From the NCBI GenBank assembly GCA_030264375.1, contig JASCQW010000072.1, forward strand, positions 47,543,394 through 47,606,479: a stretch of DNA of 63,086 nucleotides, read 5' to 3'. How positions within the stretch are numbered: the first letter of the stretch is position 1; every line of letters starts with the position of its first letter. Position numbers and translations under genes: made by a program. The notes beneath the pieces are model-generated. The model was not told where the DNA came from. It searched no databases and saw only the letters and a list, made by a program, of their open reading frames with translations. Below, one piece after another: positions 13,591-26,511 of the stretch. This DNA is from Carcharhinus longimanus. Lineage: Eukaryota.

Positions 13591-14308
13591 AATTTTTCGA
13601 TCTGTAACTAGCTGAATGTCTGTTAAACACCATTAAGTTCAACCACTGTAAGTCGATCATGTGATTAATTAGACACCATTGGCTTTCCTTCAGATTGGTT
13701 GTCAGTTGTAAATCCCTGGCTTATCGTGAAGTCAAAAGGAGCTAAACATAAAATGACTGGCTTTTCTTGTGTTTAAAAATATTTTGCTACCGTTAATAGA
13801 GAAAGACATGCAGCAGAAAGAGAGGAAGAGGGAGACAGAAGGGAAAAAAGACAAAGATTGCTGAACTACAAAAATTGCACTGTTTTGTCCTTCAATCTTG
13901 GTTTATGTTAAGAACAAACCTTTCAAGTCATATTACACTAGAAAAATGCACAAATCGCTACAGGCCTGTTACTGCAGGTGAGGTTGTAGGCTTAACACAA
14001 AGTGATAACTTGGAGCTTGGTCTCATTTCTAATATGTACTGTGTATTTTTATTTCTCCTTCAATGGATTTTGAGACTTGGCCAGCCAGTGGTCACCATGT
14101 TTGCTGCTTCGCTTATTGAACTGACTATGGTCCGAAAACATACTTAATGTTGAGACATGAATTCATGTCATTTCAGGTGGCACAGGAGAGAGGTTGAAAA
14201 TGAACTGTATCTAAATCAGCCTGACAATGAATTCCAACTGGCAATCTTCATAGATGACAGAGACATTAATATCCTAGCTTTGAGGGGGTAGACGCAAATA
14301 ACTGTGTC

Positions 14309-14633
14309 GGCTCGGTGGCACAGTGGTTAGCACTGCTGGCTCACAGCTCCAGGGACATGAGTTCAATTCCCAGCTTGGGTCAATGTGTGTGTGGAGTGAC
14401 TGTGACTGTGTGCGTTTCCTCCGGGTGCTCCAGTTTCCTCTCTCAGACCAAGATGTGAGAGTTAGGTGCATTGGCCAGGCTAAATTCCCCCTTAGTGTCC
14501 CAGGATGCATAGATTAGAGGGATTAGCGAGGTAAACATGTGGGGTTATGGGGATAAAGCCAAAAAGTGAGATTGTTGCTGGTGCAGACTCAATAGGCCGA
14601 ATGGCCTCCTTCTGCAATGTAGGGTTTTTATGA
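14309..14633 (+). mobile_element. HE1-type V-SINE
   Basis: ggtggcacagtggttagcactgct A-box, gagttcaattccc B-box, V-domain, HER1-like tail. Confidence 0.9.
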
Positions 14634-17095
14634 AATTGTTTGGGATTGCCAGTCTGTATATCAGGAAATTTAACCTTGCTCTGTACAGGTGTAAACATTA
14701 TACCAGGAATTTTTGTCAGGTCAAATTCTGCATTTGAACCCTATTTTGATTGACATATCTGTTTTATTGAGATAGTACCCGTTTGATCACACCTTCTCCC
14801 TACTGTTTTCAAAGTCCAATTCTGAGGTTCCGTATTTGGTGGCAGAATTTAATGCATTCAACACAGGTTCAACCCACCAGCTGCAGAACCAGTGGGGAAA
14901 TCATTGTCACATCTGAGCGGGAGCCAAATTGGGTTAACTAGCATTGGGCCTTCTCCCTGAATTCAGGACCCTGGAGATGGAAATCCAGCACTGAGAGAGC
15001 TGCTGGTAATTCACCTACGGACAGGATGAGGATTGCTGATGGACCCAGATTATTGGGAGGAGGGGGCAGGGGAAACTTTTCAGTGACCCCCCCCCACCCA
15101 AAACCAACTCGAACTGGGGGCCACATGTGGCCCATCAGGTTTCTGAGTGTAGCCCAGGAGACATTTTATTTATCACTGCTCACGGGAAGAGTTGCCATAT
15201 TCCACTGGTTTCCATTTGCATAGTTTGTTTCCTACCAGTATTACTAAAGTGATTTACATGTAAAGCACGGGCAAGTGAAATGAGGTGCATGCTAATTACA
15301 CATGTCTACTGAGGGAGCTGTGCACTCCATCTGCATCCAATCAAAGCAGAATTATTTCTTTTGTTTTTAACAAAATGTTGATGGTTTTAATATATGATAA
15401 AGCATTTTCTATAGCTCGTGAAGAAATATTTGGCGTTCATTAAATCTATTCAACCTTATTCATGGGTTCTGGCAAGCGAACATGCCCAATTTCAATCTTG
15501 CAGCCCATTGAGATGAAGGAGGGCCACTTACTACCCTTGGTTGCCTATCACTGCTCTTGAGGAACAGGAAGGCCATGTCTTTTGCATGTAATCTCTGAGC
15601 CACTACCAAACTTGAGCGGCCTCTGAAACAATGGTGCCAAAATGGTTTAATAATGAGCCTGATTTACCCTTAATGACCAATCAATTTGCAACCACAGACC
15701 TACTTCTATCTCCATTGGGAAGTTTTGCTGCCAGCAGGGGATTGATATATGGTCTGCCCAGCCCCTGCATTAAATCCAGCTCCAATTTTCTTAAGTGAAC
15801 ACTTGTCGTATTCATGCAGTCCATAAGATGAAGAATTGCAAGCACTTTTTGAATGTCTAGCTTCATGTATGATCTTTTCCTCACAGGCATGTGTCCTAAT
15901 CATGAGAATTATTTAAGTTCAGAGCTGTTTGGTTATTTTGATAGTAAAATTTACAATAATATTTATAATGTGGATTTTCCTTTAATCAATTAACCTGCTT
16001 CATAGTTTACACCCCAATATGTATGACAATTTGCTATGTCACCTTGAGGAGGTCAGGAATTTTATTTTTTTTATTTCATTCTCAAAGTAACAAAGCCAAA
16101 GTGCAAAGTTGATCAGGCAATCCTGAATCCATCTCCTTGCTTGCTCCAAATTCACACTAAATCCAATTCATGGTCTCTACAAGGGAGNNNNNNNNNNNNN
16201 NNNNNNNNNNNNNNNNNNNNNNNNNNNNNNNNNNNNNNNNNNNNNNNNNNNNNNNNNNNNNNNNNNNNNNNNNNNNNNNNNNNNNNNCCAAAATCCAAAT
16301 TCAAATACCAATTGAATCCAATTCATGGTCTCTACAAGGGAGACAAAGATCCAAGCTGACAAGAGAAGTCTTTGCACCTGATCTTGGGCTTGATCTGATG
16401 TTTGATCTAAGCCAAAAGGCTGACTGCCAAGGTATTAATTCATCAGCAAGATGTAGCTTCACTCCTCATTCCAAATTCCTTACATGATCAGGTTTTCTGC
16501 AAACACACTTGTACTTTCGTTCATTGGGTCTAAAAGTTTTTACACAATAATAAAAAGTAATTTATGGTAACCTAAAACATAGGAATATTAAAGAATGCAA
16601 TAATAAAACTAAAAAATAAAATTAATGTTACATTAAGGCAAACTGGTTTAAGCATAATTTTTGCTGTCGTTTATTGGTATCAACAGATTGGATAGCATTG
16701 TCACTGGACATATTTAAATATGCTTCCACTAAAATGGCGCAGTGGAATACTGCATCGGTCTCTGAACTAAAGCCAAGCTAATGGAATGAATACCCTCTGT
16801 CTACTTGCTGTCACAATTCTATACCAAACAGCAGTGCAGTCTCAATTCAGTGTGCTGTTGGCACAGGCACAAAGCATGATGATGTCAAATCTGCAATGTC
16901 ACTCTGAGAAACTGAAGGATAGCTAGTGGGAAAATGGAAAATATTATATGAAGCAGAATAGAGGGTGGATCAGGAATGCACCACTGGGGCCTCGGTGCAA
17001 CACATCACCCTAAAGGCAGCACGTCTGACAATGCAGTGCTTCCTTGGTACTGCACTGGAGTGTCAGCCTTGGTTTCTAGCTCAAGCTTTCGACTG

Positions 17096-18058
17096 TGTCA
17101 TGGCCACAGGACACGAAGGAAAATATGTGTGTCTGCATAATCCTGGCTACTTAATGAAATTGTATACTTTTAAAAAGAGGATAAATTGTTCAACAGATAA
17201 AATAGCTGCAGCTGACCACACAATGGTACTTCTGGAGATGTCTGAGCAATTGGAAAATGGACAACTCAGTCCATGTTATTCAGTCAGTAAAAGTTACAGC
17301 TGAAAAAGAAGCATGACAACTTCTTAGCTAGACTGCAGGACACTGGAATCTCTGCACAAATTATTCAGCTGCTGAAGTCAAGTGTGACTGGCATCACAAA
17401 TCTCAGTGGCTGCAACATTTCATCATCAACTCCTCACAGACAAGTAAAAGACTGATTTTTAAAAAATGTATTTTTTTTAATAAAAACTTACTTTTGGACT
17501 CAATTCTCATTTCTAATCTGTGTGAATATACATGCATGTGTCTCATTATTTTTCTCACGTTTAGTGACTAATAAACTCACTCTACTCTAGAAAGCCTGGT
17601 CAAATCTGCATCTTTTTAAAAAAAAAATTTGTTGGGACTTGGAAGAATCATTTTTGAAGTAATCTTGTTGTGACCATTGGAGGGCTTGAAGAAAGAAAAG
17701 GATCCAGTCCGTCCCTCCTCAGCCTGGGTCATAACTGTTCAGCATAAATCCGAAATTTAACAAGCTGAGGGATCTCATTCAGAATGACAAATTTGGGGAA
17801 ACTTGCTCTTGGGGACTAGTCGTAACAATTGTGAACCATTTTATCACGTTGTGTGCGTGTATAAACTAATCCTCTTTTTTTAAACCTTATCTCAAGTTTG
17901 CTGTGGGATTATTAATAGAGGATTGGATCACTCCAAAACTGAAGGGTCAGGAAAAATATGCCACCACTGATAAAGAGAGAAATCGAAAATACCTTTCAGT
18001 TTATGGTTGGCTGCTGAGGGGATCAATCTTTAAATGAATCCCCCTCCTGTCCATAACA
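17096..18058 (+). mobile_element. Degraded LTR-like repeats
   Basis: Begins tgtcatg; contains aataaa motifs and repeated ...gtcataac/gtcgtaaca/ccataaca termini typical of LTR ends. Confidence 0.35.
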
Positions 18059-18641
18059 AGTGGGACTTCAGCCTGAACCTTATGATTAAGAGGCAAGTGT
18101 ATTGCCTACTTTTTTATTACTGGGACAGGAAAGAGGATATATCAGGGGTGTAATGCTGAGAAAAAGGTTGGGGCAGAAGAGAGAGAGGATCAGATGCAAC
18201 AGTGAGACAGAAAGAGTGAATCGGAAGAGAGGGTGAGGCATGAGAGGGTGCATCATGGTTGCAGCACTGAAACAGAGAGGAGAATTTTTTTCTCCTTAGT
18301 TAGACATTTGACATTGATTTGGAACACAACTCCACCGAATCTCAAACATAAAAAGTCAATCTGGTTACCTCATACCACCAAGAATCATTACTGCAGTAAA
18401 GATTTTCTCGTCTGTCACTATCAATCGGACAACAGGCACGACAACTTAATGAAATTTGAAACTCTACACGTAGGATACATATTCTNNNNNNNNNNTTTAT
18501 GGTCAATGCTGGCTTTTAAAGCACAGCCAGAGACAAAAGGAATAAGTTTGTATGTTTCAAGAATACAGAGCCAGTCCAAACTGTTCTGAATAATACGCAA
18601 ATCTAGATCCTGGTGCAAAAGAATAAATTCTAAAAACTTAC

Positions 18642-18785
18642 GTTCATCCATCTTTGGGCTTGGGAAGCAGTAAAATTCCTTATGTGTGATAAGATTGGGC
18701 AGTCCTCTAAATAGGCTTCGACACAGTTTGCATTCAAAGATAGTGTCTACCTCTCTCAGCAGAACATGTTTCAGTTGTGTCGTTC
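18642..18785 (-). CDS. ZNF800: ZNF800 coding exon, 144 nt, first C2HC-type finger
   Basis: ttttttgcacacag|GAACG...GATGAAC|gtaagt. Encodes (G)[47 protein letters not shown]. Phase 1-1, joins in frame to the 1573 exon. Confidence 0.97.
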
Positions 18786-20166
18786 CTGTGTGCAAAAAAA
18801 TCACATACATTCAACAGAAATGTACCAAAATAAAAATTCTTAAAGTAAAGATTTTCATAATTGGATATTTCCATGATTACCATTATATATTGTTTTCTAA
18901 ACTTTTTCAAAAAGCTGCACGAAATTTTTTAAAAATTCCTTCAGTTGAATTAGGATTTTATTAGATACAAAATTGAACACAGCATATATGGAAAGCAGTT
19001 TCATAGTGAAACTGTTAAGCTACAATGGCCTTCACTCTCTCGATTTGCATGTCAGCTTGCAACAAAATACTAAGTGCTTAAAATAACCATTAACGTTTAA
19101 AATGTGCACACAAGACAATGTAAAGTGAAGAAAATGATAGAAGTAAAATGACGTAATCCACTGTGTGACACTGATCTGTTCAATTTCATTTCTATTCACG
19201 TTGCAGGTAATAAAATGACGTCAACACTTGAGTTTTGGGTTGCACAAGGCCTTTCAATCCATGTTTCTGTTCTTGCTTTGCGGGGATGGGGGTGCACACA
19301 CTCAAAATACTGTGGCTTGAATTTTCTGTTCAGCGCTGCCTGCCTGAAGCTTGGTACTGCAGAAATGCCCCTCATAATTCTTGTTAGAAACTTGATGGGA
19401 GATTTTGGTGGTGTTCATCAAAACCTTATTGTACTGAACTGATCAACAATTATTAAAATCTGAATTGTGGCACAATGATCTCAAGATTTGCTTTCACTTG
19501 TAAGAAGACTTTACTTCTTTTGGCAAAATGTCACAATACCCATTTCATTTTTGAATCGCCATTATTATGTATTCTTGTCAAAGTGGAACTAATGCTGCCA
19601 ACAGTTGGTTTTGCATTGGTGCACATTCCCATCTTAAAAATTGTACACCAGATGTCATATCAGAATGCAGGTGAATGCCAACACAGGCATGAAAACGCAG
19701 AATGAAAACATCATTAATAGTCCTGCTGGCAAGAGGTAACACTAAATTCATGTGACCACTGTTCCCATAAACACATATTACACACAATGAGAATGTTATG
19801 GATTTAAGAGTGAAGAATTAACACCATATAAGTAGTTATGAAAACTTATTCTGTCAGCCAGAAATACTATCTCAACAGACTGTAAAAAAAACCTGTAAAT
19901 TACCTGAGTACAATGAGATTATGGTAACAGTCAGAAAGGGAATAGTCATTTCAGTTGCAAAGTCATCATTCACTGGAGTCTGATAAAATCTACCTGCTTG
20001 ACTTCACTTATTGTTTTAAGCCATTAAAGAAAGGACGTAAGATTAATTTTCCGATTAAATCTATATTGACTCATCTTAAGCAGTGAATTATGGAAGTACA
20101 GACTCATTGTACAGACTATGGTATAAAATTGCACAACAGAACTGTCAGTAAGCCATTAGTCTGTAC

Positions 20167-20262
20167 CTGTCCGAAAACACTCAATGATTTGCTGAATTCC
20201 TGATTTTGAAGTTGGAAGCTGTTGTTGTAACAAAGGAGGGTCTCCTGGCTCCTGTGTGTATG
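20167..20262 (-). CDS. ZNF800: ZNF800 coding exon, 96 nt
   Basis: ctttacag|CATACA...CGGACAG|gtacag. Encodes (A)[31 protein letters not shown](G), matching recalled ZNF800 [29 protein letters not shown]. Confidence 0.96.
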
Positions 20263-20415
20263 CTGTAAAGTTGATATATAAGAAGCAAAGGAAAGTGATA
20301 CTGGGACATTGAAATACAGTTACCACTTCTTAAACACACACACACACACAACAGGATCAAATCTACTTCACATCCAGGGTAAAAGTACACTGTATGATAT
20401 AAATAACAAACTTAC

Positions 20416-20468
20416 GAATGCATTTCGACGAAGTCCCTTTGTCCATGATTTCAAAATAAGGTTTGCAC
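20416..20468 (-). other. Candidate alternative ZNF800 exon with strong-Kozak ATG (MDKGTSSKCI, phase 1)
   Basis: ATCATGG at 20446. Ten codons plus 1 nt, then donor gtaagt at 20414-20415, in frame with exon 20167-20262. Acceptor at 20469-20470 is weak. Confidence 0.4.
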
Positions 20469-22717
20469 CTAATTTCATCCATTCAGCAAACAGGTAGACG
20501 AATTTGCTACAAACCCAATACCATGCTTGTTTATCGCACAGCAAAATTTCACACTTGTAGGGAGTTCAACATTAAAATGCACTAGTCTCATAGATAACAA
20601 AATGGTACAATGCTAATAGATATCCCACTGTGTTTCACATAACAAATTAGATGCCACGCTGCTTCAAAATAACAGGAATGTAATACTATGCAACACAAAG
20701 TACTGTGCTGCTGCTGGGGTGAAACTGTTTCAGCTGGACTGTTTCTTTAAGGCCATCAAATCTAAATGCTGTAAGTAAACACAGCTGGAGGTCAACCAGA
20801 GTCTAATTGCTATTTGCTAAAGGAAGTTCAGATTGGAAAGTACTTACAAATTTCTGCCCCCATATCAGGATGGCAGACAGAATGAAAGGATTACATTTTG
20901 AATTATTTTAGCATTTATTGATAACACTTAAATCATTTCTAATAGTGAATTTATTTTAGCTTGTTTCAGATATGTATCAAGGATGTTACTGCTAAGTGGT
21001 TAACGTTCAAAGAAAGCAAAATAATCAAACAAATAATAGTACAGCAAACCACTGTAACAACAACAAAGAAAATGTTGCATTGAGAAGGGAAAGAGTAAGC
21101 AATAAAGGCAAAAATGAATAATTGTAATATTTGGACACTACAGTGAATTGAATTACTTCTCGACATCTTAATGGGAATCACATAAAATTAACATTTGTGG
21201 ATTGGTGTCTTCCACCAAGTGCCACTTCCATTTGACAACGATAAAGACAGGACTGCACTATTTGCCCCAGAACTACTTCCCGGTGGGTCTCCAAGACACA
21301 AGCACATCATGTGCTGTATCGTGGAATACATGCCTATTTAAAACTACCTTTTGCTTTAATGGTCAGTTAATGGGGCCTATATCTTATTTAGCGTTTTAGC
21401 ATCATTTCCCATCGGTCTGTCAGGGCTGTGTTAAATAACAATGCTATCTTTGAGCAGCTTCTCCCACTTCCCAATCCACGTGCTCAGCCTCTCCTGCTCC
21501 CTCATCTTTTAACTTGCTGGCTCTCCCATTCCCTCACCCTCCAACTTGTAGCCTCTCCCACTCCCACACCCTCCAATGTGCAGCCCCTCCCCCACCTGAC
21601 CCTCTAACTTGCAGCATCTCCCACTCCCTCACCTGTTGCTATTGGAATGTAACCAATGATAACATTGGATCTGTTGTAGAGACCAATGATAACATGCTGC
21701 AAGGGTCAGCTGACCCAGCAAACTACGTAACCAATGACAAAACGATGTGGTGGTCAGCTGCTGGGGATTGTGGAGGCTTGTAATGGTTCAAGGTGAGGTC
21801 TCGAGTGTTGGAGTAATGATGTTTTTTATTAAACCTTTTTCTTTGATTTACAAGTTGGAGTATATTTTGTTTCATTTTATTGCCAATAACTGAAGAGTCC
21901 CTTCCGCTGGATCAACAGTGGCATCTTCTTCCCTCACCTTGCAAATTGCAGCCTCACCTTCCAACCTGCTCTGCTTCCCGACTCTCCCCCTCACCGATTC
22001 CTGCTCTCGCAAAACCTCCTAATTGCCATTTCCCTCTCCTAAACCAGCTCAAGATCCCAAAGCTGGAGCTCCAGGGCTGAAAAGTGCGAAACCTGATGAT
22101 GCAGCAGTGTCGAGCTAGGGCTTTTATAATCTGAATGTTTTTTAAAAATTATCAAAGTGCCTCCTCCTGCATCTCAGCACTCATTTGCGGAACCTGATTT
22201 TAAAACATGAATTGTAACATCCCCAGCTCAGTACCTGCATACCATCAGGATTCCCACTTTCACAACCTGAAGCTCCAATATTGGATCAGGTCTGGATCCT
22301 GAACAGAAATGCAGGTTGGGCGTGAGGGAGGGCAGGCGAGGGGGAAGGTTAGGAAACGCGAGAGGGGTCAGGGAGAGGAAGAGTCTGCTACAGCCAAGAG
22401 GGTCAGAAGTTCAATGTGTCGTGAGCAAAAGGATCAGGAAGCAGGATCAGCAGCAAGTGGAAGAAATCACAAGTAGAAAGTTACCATATTTTTAAACTTA
22501 TTTTGTTTTCAAGATTATTTAATTTACCAATAAGACTTCAGCAATGTAAAATATATCAACTTGCATGTTGTAATCTATTTTTGTTTGGCAAGGAAGTTCT
22601 TACAGAATCTATATCTTTTACACTGGTTTTAATGGGAAAACACGATTCACTCAAATTGCTTCACTTAAAAGTTGTGATTTTCAGGGACGCAACTAAAAAA
22701 GTTTGAAGTGGACTTAC

Positions 22718-22726
22718 CATACAATC
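22718..22726 (-). CDS. ZNF800: Candidate 9-nt ZNF800 microexon (inserts G-L-Y)
   Basis: Branch-like ctaat, ~25-nt pyrimidine tract, two TGC motifs, then aaacag|GATTGTATG|gtaagt. Frame-preserving, no stop. Confidence 0.6.
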
Positions 22727-22869
22727 CTGTTTCCAGCATCATCAGCATGTTACAAAGAAAAGGGGAGGGAAAGAGGAAATCGGATTAGACTAAAAATGCT
22801 GAACTTGATGATTTCTATTGCTTCTTAAATAAATTTGTGAAGCTGATTTGCAAAGCCATTTTACCATAC

Positions 22870-22960
22870 CTGGTTCACAGCAGCCATGGTGGTGGTGCTC
22901 TGTCTGACAACATTTATCTCTCTGCAGTGATTTCTGAATTCGTGACCTATTTTCTTCCAT
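22870..22960 (-). CDS. ZNF800: ZNF800 first clearly homologous coding exon (whole exon 22870-22984)
   Basis: Acceptor cattttttgtgtctag at 22985-22986, ATG at 22960, donor CCAG|gtatgg. Encodes MEENRSRIQKSLQRDKCCQTEHHHHGCCEP, compared with recalled human MPLRDKYCQTDHHHHGCCEP. The 24 nt upstream of the ATG are also open in frame. Confidence 0.92.
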
Positions 22961-23329
22961 ATCAGTTTCATTCCGGCTATTATTCTAGACACAAAAAATG
23001 AATAAACGTTACAAACCACAATTTTTTTTCACATATAGATATTCAAATTCATTATAGTACCACTCAGATTTGATGTTTCTTAAAGTTCTAACTTCAAGAA
23101 AATAAAGGTTTGGTGGACCGAACAGCCAGATTACCAAGTGCATAAAAACACGCTCAGTGTAGCAATAAGTCACATACCAATAAGTCCCAGCTTTCAATTT
23201 AAGCTGGGATGACAATTGGAGAATTCTACATGAAAAGTGCGCATGTGGGTGCACGGGCAGAAAGTGGGCGCGGGTGCTTGGGAAAATTAAGAGTGGGTTT
23301 CAGAAGTTTGTGGAGAATGGGGTGTTAGT

Positions 23330-23530
23330 CAGGAAAGCAATGAAGCAAGCAAGTCTAAAATTGAAAAGAACACATGACAGTTTCAACAACAGCTGGACTG
23401 AGGTAGGGTCAGAAGAGTTACGGTATGGAGGTGGGAATTGAGAGGTCTTTGCAGTGTAAGTATATCAATTGAGGCTGAAGGCAAATAGAAAGTCTAGTTC
23501 AACAAGAGGCTGGAAGGTAAGATCCGACTG
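23330..23530 (-). mobile_element. L2-type LINE fragment
   Basis: Decayed reverse-complement L2 RT C-terminal sequence (cagtttcaacaacagctggactgagg...tggaggtggga...gaggtcttt). Confidence 0.45.
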
Positions 23531-24394
23531 GTGACAATGGTACAGCATTTGTGACAGTAACTGACGATACTTTGAATAGCTTCTTTCAGCATGGTGCCCT
23601 GACCAGTCCACCTATCCAACTTACAGTCTCTCTCATCCACACAATTAGCAGCATGCCTTGTACCTGTTGGACAAAGTCACGGACTGAAGCTCCTCCATCA
23701 CTACATGCTAGTTTTCCATACTTGCCTAACTCTCAGTCACACCCTCCTGTCCCCAACCACTAACCAACTCTTAAGGTCTGCTGAATCTACAGAGTGGAAC
23801 TGCATCTTGGAACAAGAAGGGTCTCTGTAATTTTCCCCTTCCACGATCCCACACAATGTCCAGAACCAAAACTCCAGCTCAGCATCTCAAGGTGCCTTAG
23901 CTGCAGAAACTTACAGCAGATATAGCCATCAGGGGTTGTGGTGCATTCCACAGATTCCCACATTCTTCAGTCACGGTTCATCACCTAACACATTTACCCA
24001 ACTAGAACTTCCAAAGTGAAACATAACAGCCAAGTGATCCCACAAATAAGCACTTGGCTCCTGATCAGGCAACTACAAGTGGGATTCTCATGCCTGTTAA
24101 TCATTCAAGCTGCTTTGTGCGAGTTCTCACTCAGGCTTCCAGATAGTAAGTCAGTTAACTCCCTCCCCCACACAGACACAATTCCAACCGATGGTACAAG
24201 TTCACAATCTCAGATTAAGCTCCCTTATGGCTGGCAAGCAATAGCATGTGCTAAAAACTGGACTAAGTACTGTGTCATGGAAACAGATGAAAATAATCAG
24301 CTATTTTGAAGCTTCAAGATTCAGAATAGGTTCTGAGAACTAGTTTAAACATGGCTTGAACATCAATGATTATTCCTTTTTACCTCCTTTTAAA

Positions 24395-24718
24395 GGCGGC
24401 ACGGTAGCACAGTGGTTAGCACTGCTGCTTCACATCTCCAGGGGCCTGGGTTTGAGTGACCCGAGCTGGGAATATATGTGTGGAGCTTGCATAATCTCAT
24501 GTCTGCATGGGTTTCCTCCCACAGTCCAAAGCTGTGCGGGTTAGGTTGATTGGTCATGCTAAAAATTGCCCCTTAGTGTTCTGAGATGCGCAGTTAGAGG
24601 GATTCGTGGGTAAATATGTAGGGATATGGGGGTAGGGCCTGAGTGGGATTGTGGTTGGTGCAGACTGGATGGGCCAAATGGCCTCTTTCTGCACTGTAGG
24701 GTTTCTATGATTCTATGA
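24395..24718 (+). mobile_element. HE1-type V-SINE
   Basis: ggcggcacggtagcacagtggttagcactgctgc ... ctgtagggtttctatgattctatga. Confidence 0.9.
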
Positions 24719-24989
24719 CCCTAACAGAATTTCTCACTTAGGATATGGGAAAGGGACTGCAGGCAAGGTTTACCCTGTCTCGTGGAAAATTGAAGATTTC
24801 AGCAATTGTCTCCTTACAGTCACATTAAGAACAGTCTNNNNNNNNNNNNNNNNNNNNNNNNNNNNNNNNNNNNNNNNNNNNNNNNNNNNNNNNNNNNNNN
24901 NNNNNNNNNNNNNNNNNNNNNNNNNNNNNNNNNNNNNTAAACATTAGGAAAATCCCAAGTATTGTGTTTAGGCCTTGACATAAATGTTT

Positions 24990-25570
24990 TTTTTCATTCG
25001 TCCTTCCTGGCTAATGTTGTTGTTTACAACCTTGGTGTCCTATTTGACTCTAAGCTGGGCTACTGGCCCTATAATCTCTCCAAAACTGCCTACTTCTATC
25101 TCTGTTAAATAACCTATTTCTTCCTATAGCTTAGTTTATCTGTTACTGAAACCCTCAAATATGTTTTTTATTATCCCCAGAATCAACTATTCCAATGCTC
25201 TCCCTTGTTTGACTCCCATCTTCCACCCTCCACAAATTTACACGATCCAAATCTCTGGCACAGATTTCCTAATTTACTCCAAATTCCACTCATCAATCCT
25301 GTGCTCGTTATTGGCTCCCAGTCTACCAATATTTTGATTTTAAAATTCTCAGCCATGTATTCAAATCTTTTGATGACCACATGCTTCTCTGTCTCTGTAA
25401 TCTTCTTCAATCATTCAACATACTAGGAGCTCTGTGCTGGGACTGGCCCTCAGACCTTCAGTCATCTAAGCCCAAAGTTCTGAAATTCTTTCTGTAAACC
25501 TTCCTGCTTCTTCATTTCTCCTCTTTAAAACATTTATTGGATCTAATCTGTCCCTTCAACCTTGCCCTTA
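24990..25570 (+). mobile_element. L2-type LINE 3' fragment
   Basis: NLGVLFDSKL...KTAYFYL...RINYSNALP-like RT C-terminus, decayed. Confidence 0.7.
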
Positions 25571-26178
25571 ACCACATCCTTTCAATTCGTCAAAGTGGAA
25601 AGTTTTTTTTTCTTTGTTGTTCCTGTCACCCAGTTTCATATGGTCTCAACTCTTTTATATTACTTGCAACAGTTTATGTTGCGACTATTTCAACCTCTCA
25701 CAAATGTTTATTACTCTACGTTAATTAGTTGCTGGTGTCAAATCTCCTGAAAGTAATCTGGAAATTAAACCTTTGTATAAAAAAATCAGAAATTAAATTT
25801 ATTTCACAAAACTGTACAAATAACCTATTGAAATGAACTCATGTGATCTGAAGTTAATTTCTTGGAAAACTGCCATGCTGTTAGCTATTAATTTCAAATT
25901 GCAGAATCATTGAGTTGTGAATCATCATTCTAGATTAATTCTATTTGTTTAATCACCTAATTAATAGTTTTCTTCAAACTCACCTGAATTTTTTTTAGCT
26001 GATGAGAATATCATTGTTTAATTTTGTCCTCTACTTAACAAGTTACTAAATCTCCACCAGCTTCATTTCTGGTTGCTTCTTTGTTTTGCCTCGTCTGGAA
26101 CATTCCAACATTCTCATAGCTGGCTTCCTACAAGCTATCCTACTTAAACTTAAATTCATCCAAACCTCTGCTGCCCAT

Positions 26179-26511
26179 GGGGTGAGACAGTGGCACAGTG
26201 GTTAGCACTGCTGCCTCACAGCAGCAGGGATAGGGATTCAATTCCAATCTCAGGTGACTGTGCAGAGTCTGCATGTTCTCCTGTATCTGCATGGGTTTCC
26301 TCCTGGTGTTCTGGTTTCCTCCCACAGTCCAAAGATGTGCGGGTTAGGTTGATTGGCTATGCTAAATTGACTGTAAATGCATAGATTAGAGGATTAGTGG
26401 GAAAAACACACATGGATATGGGAGTAGAGCCTGGGTGGGATAGTGGTCGGTGCAGACGTGATGGGCCGAATGGCCTCTTTCTGTACTGTAGGGTTTCTAT
26501 GATTTCTATGA
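26179..26511 (+). mobile_element. HE1-type V-SINE
   Basis: Same head, V-domain and tail as the 24395 copy. Confidence 0.9.

Noticed and set aside
16143-16340. aatccaattcatggtctctacaagggag repeated on both sides of the N gap
   Set aside because: Most likely an unmerged contig overlap at a 100-N scaffold gap.
24395-24470. tRNA-like A/B boxes here and in other SINE heads
   Set aside because: These are SINE promoters and do not form a complete cloverleaf tRNA gene.
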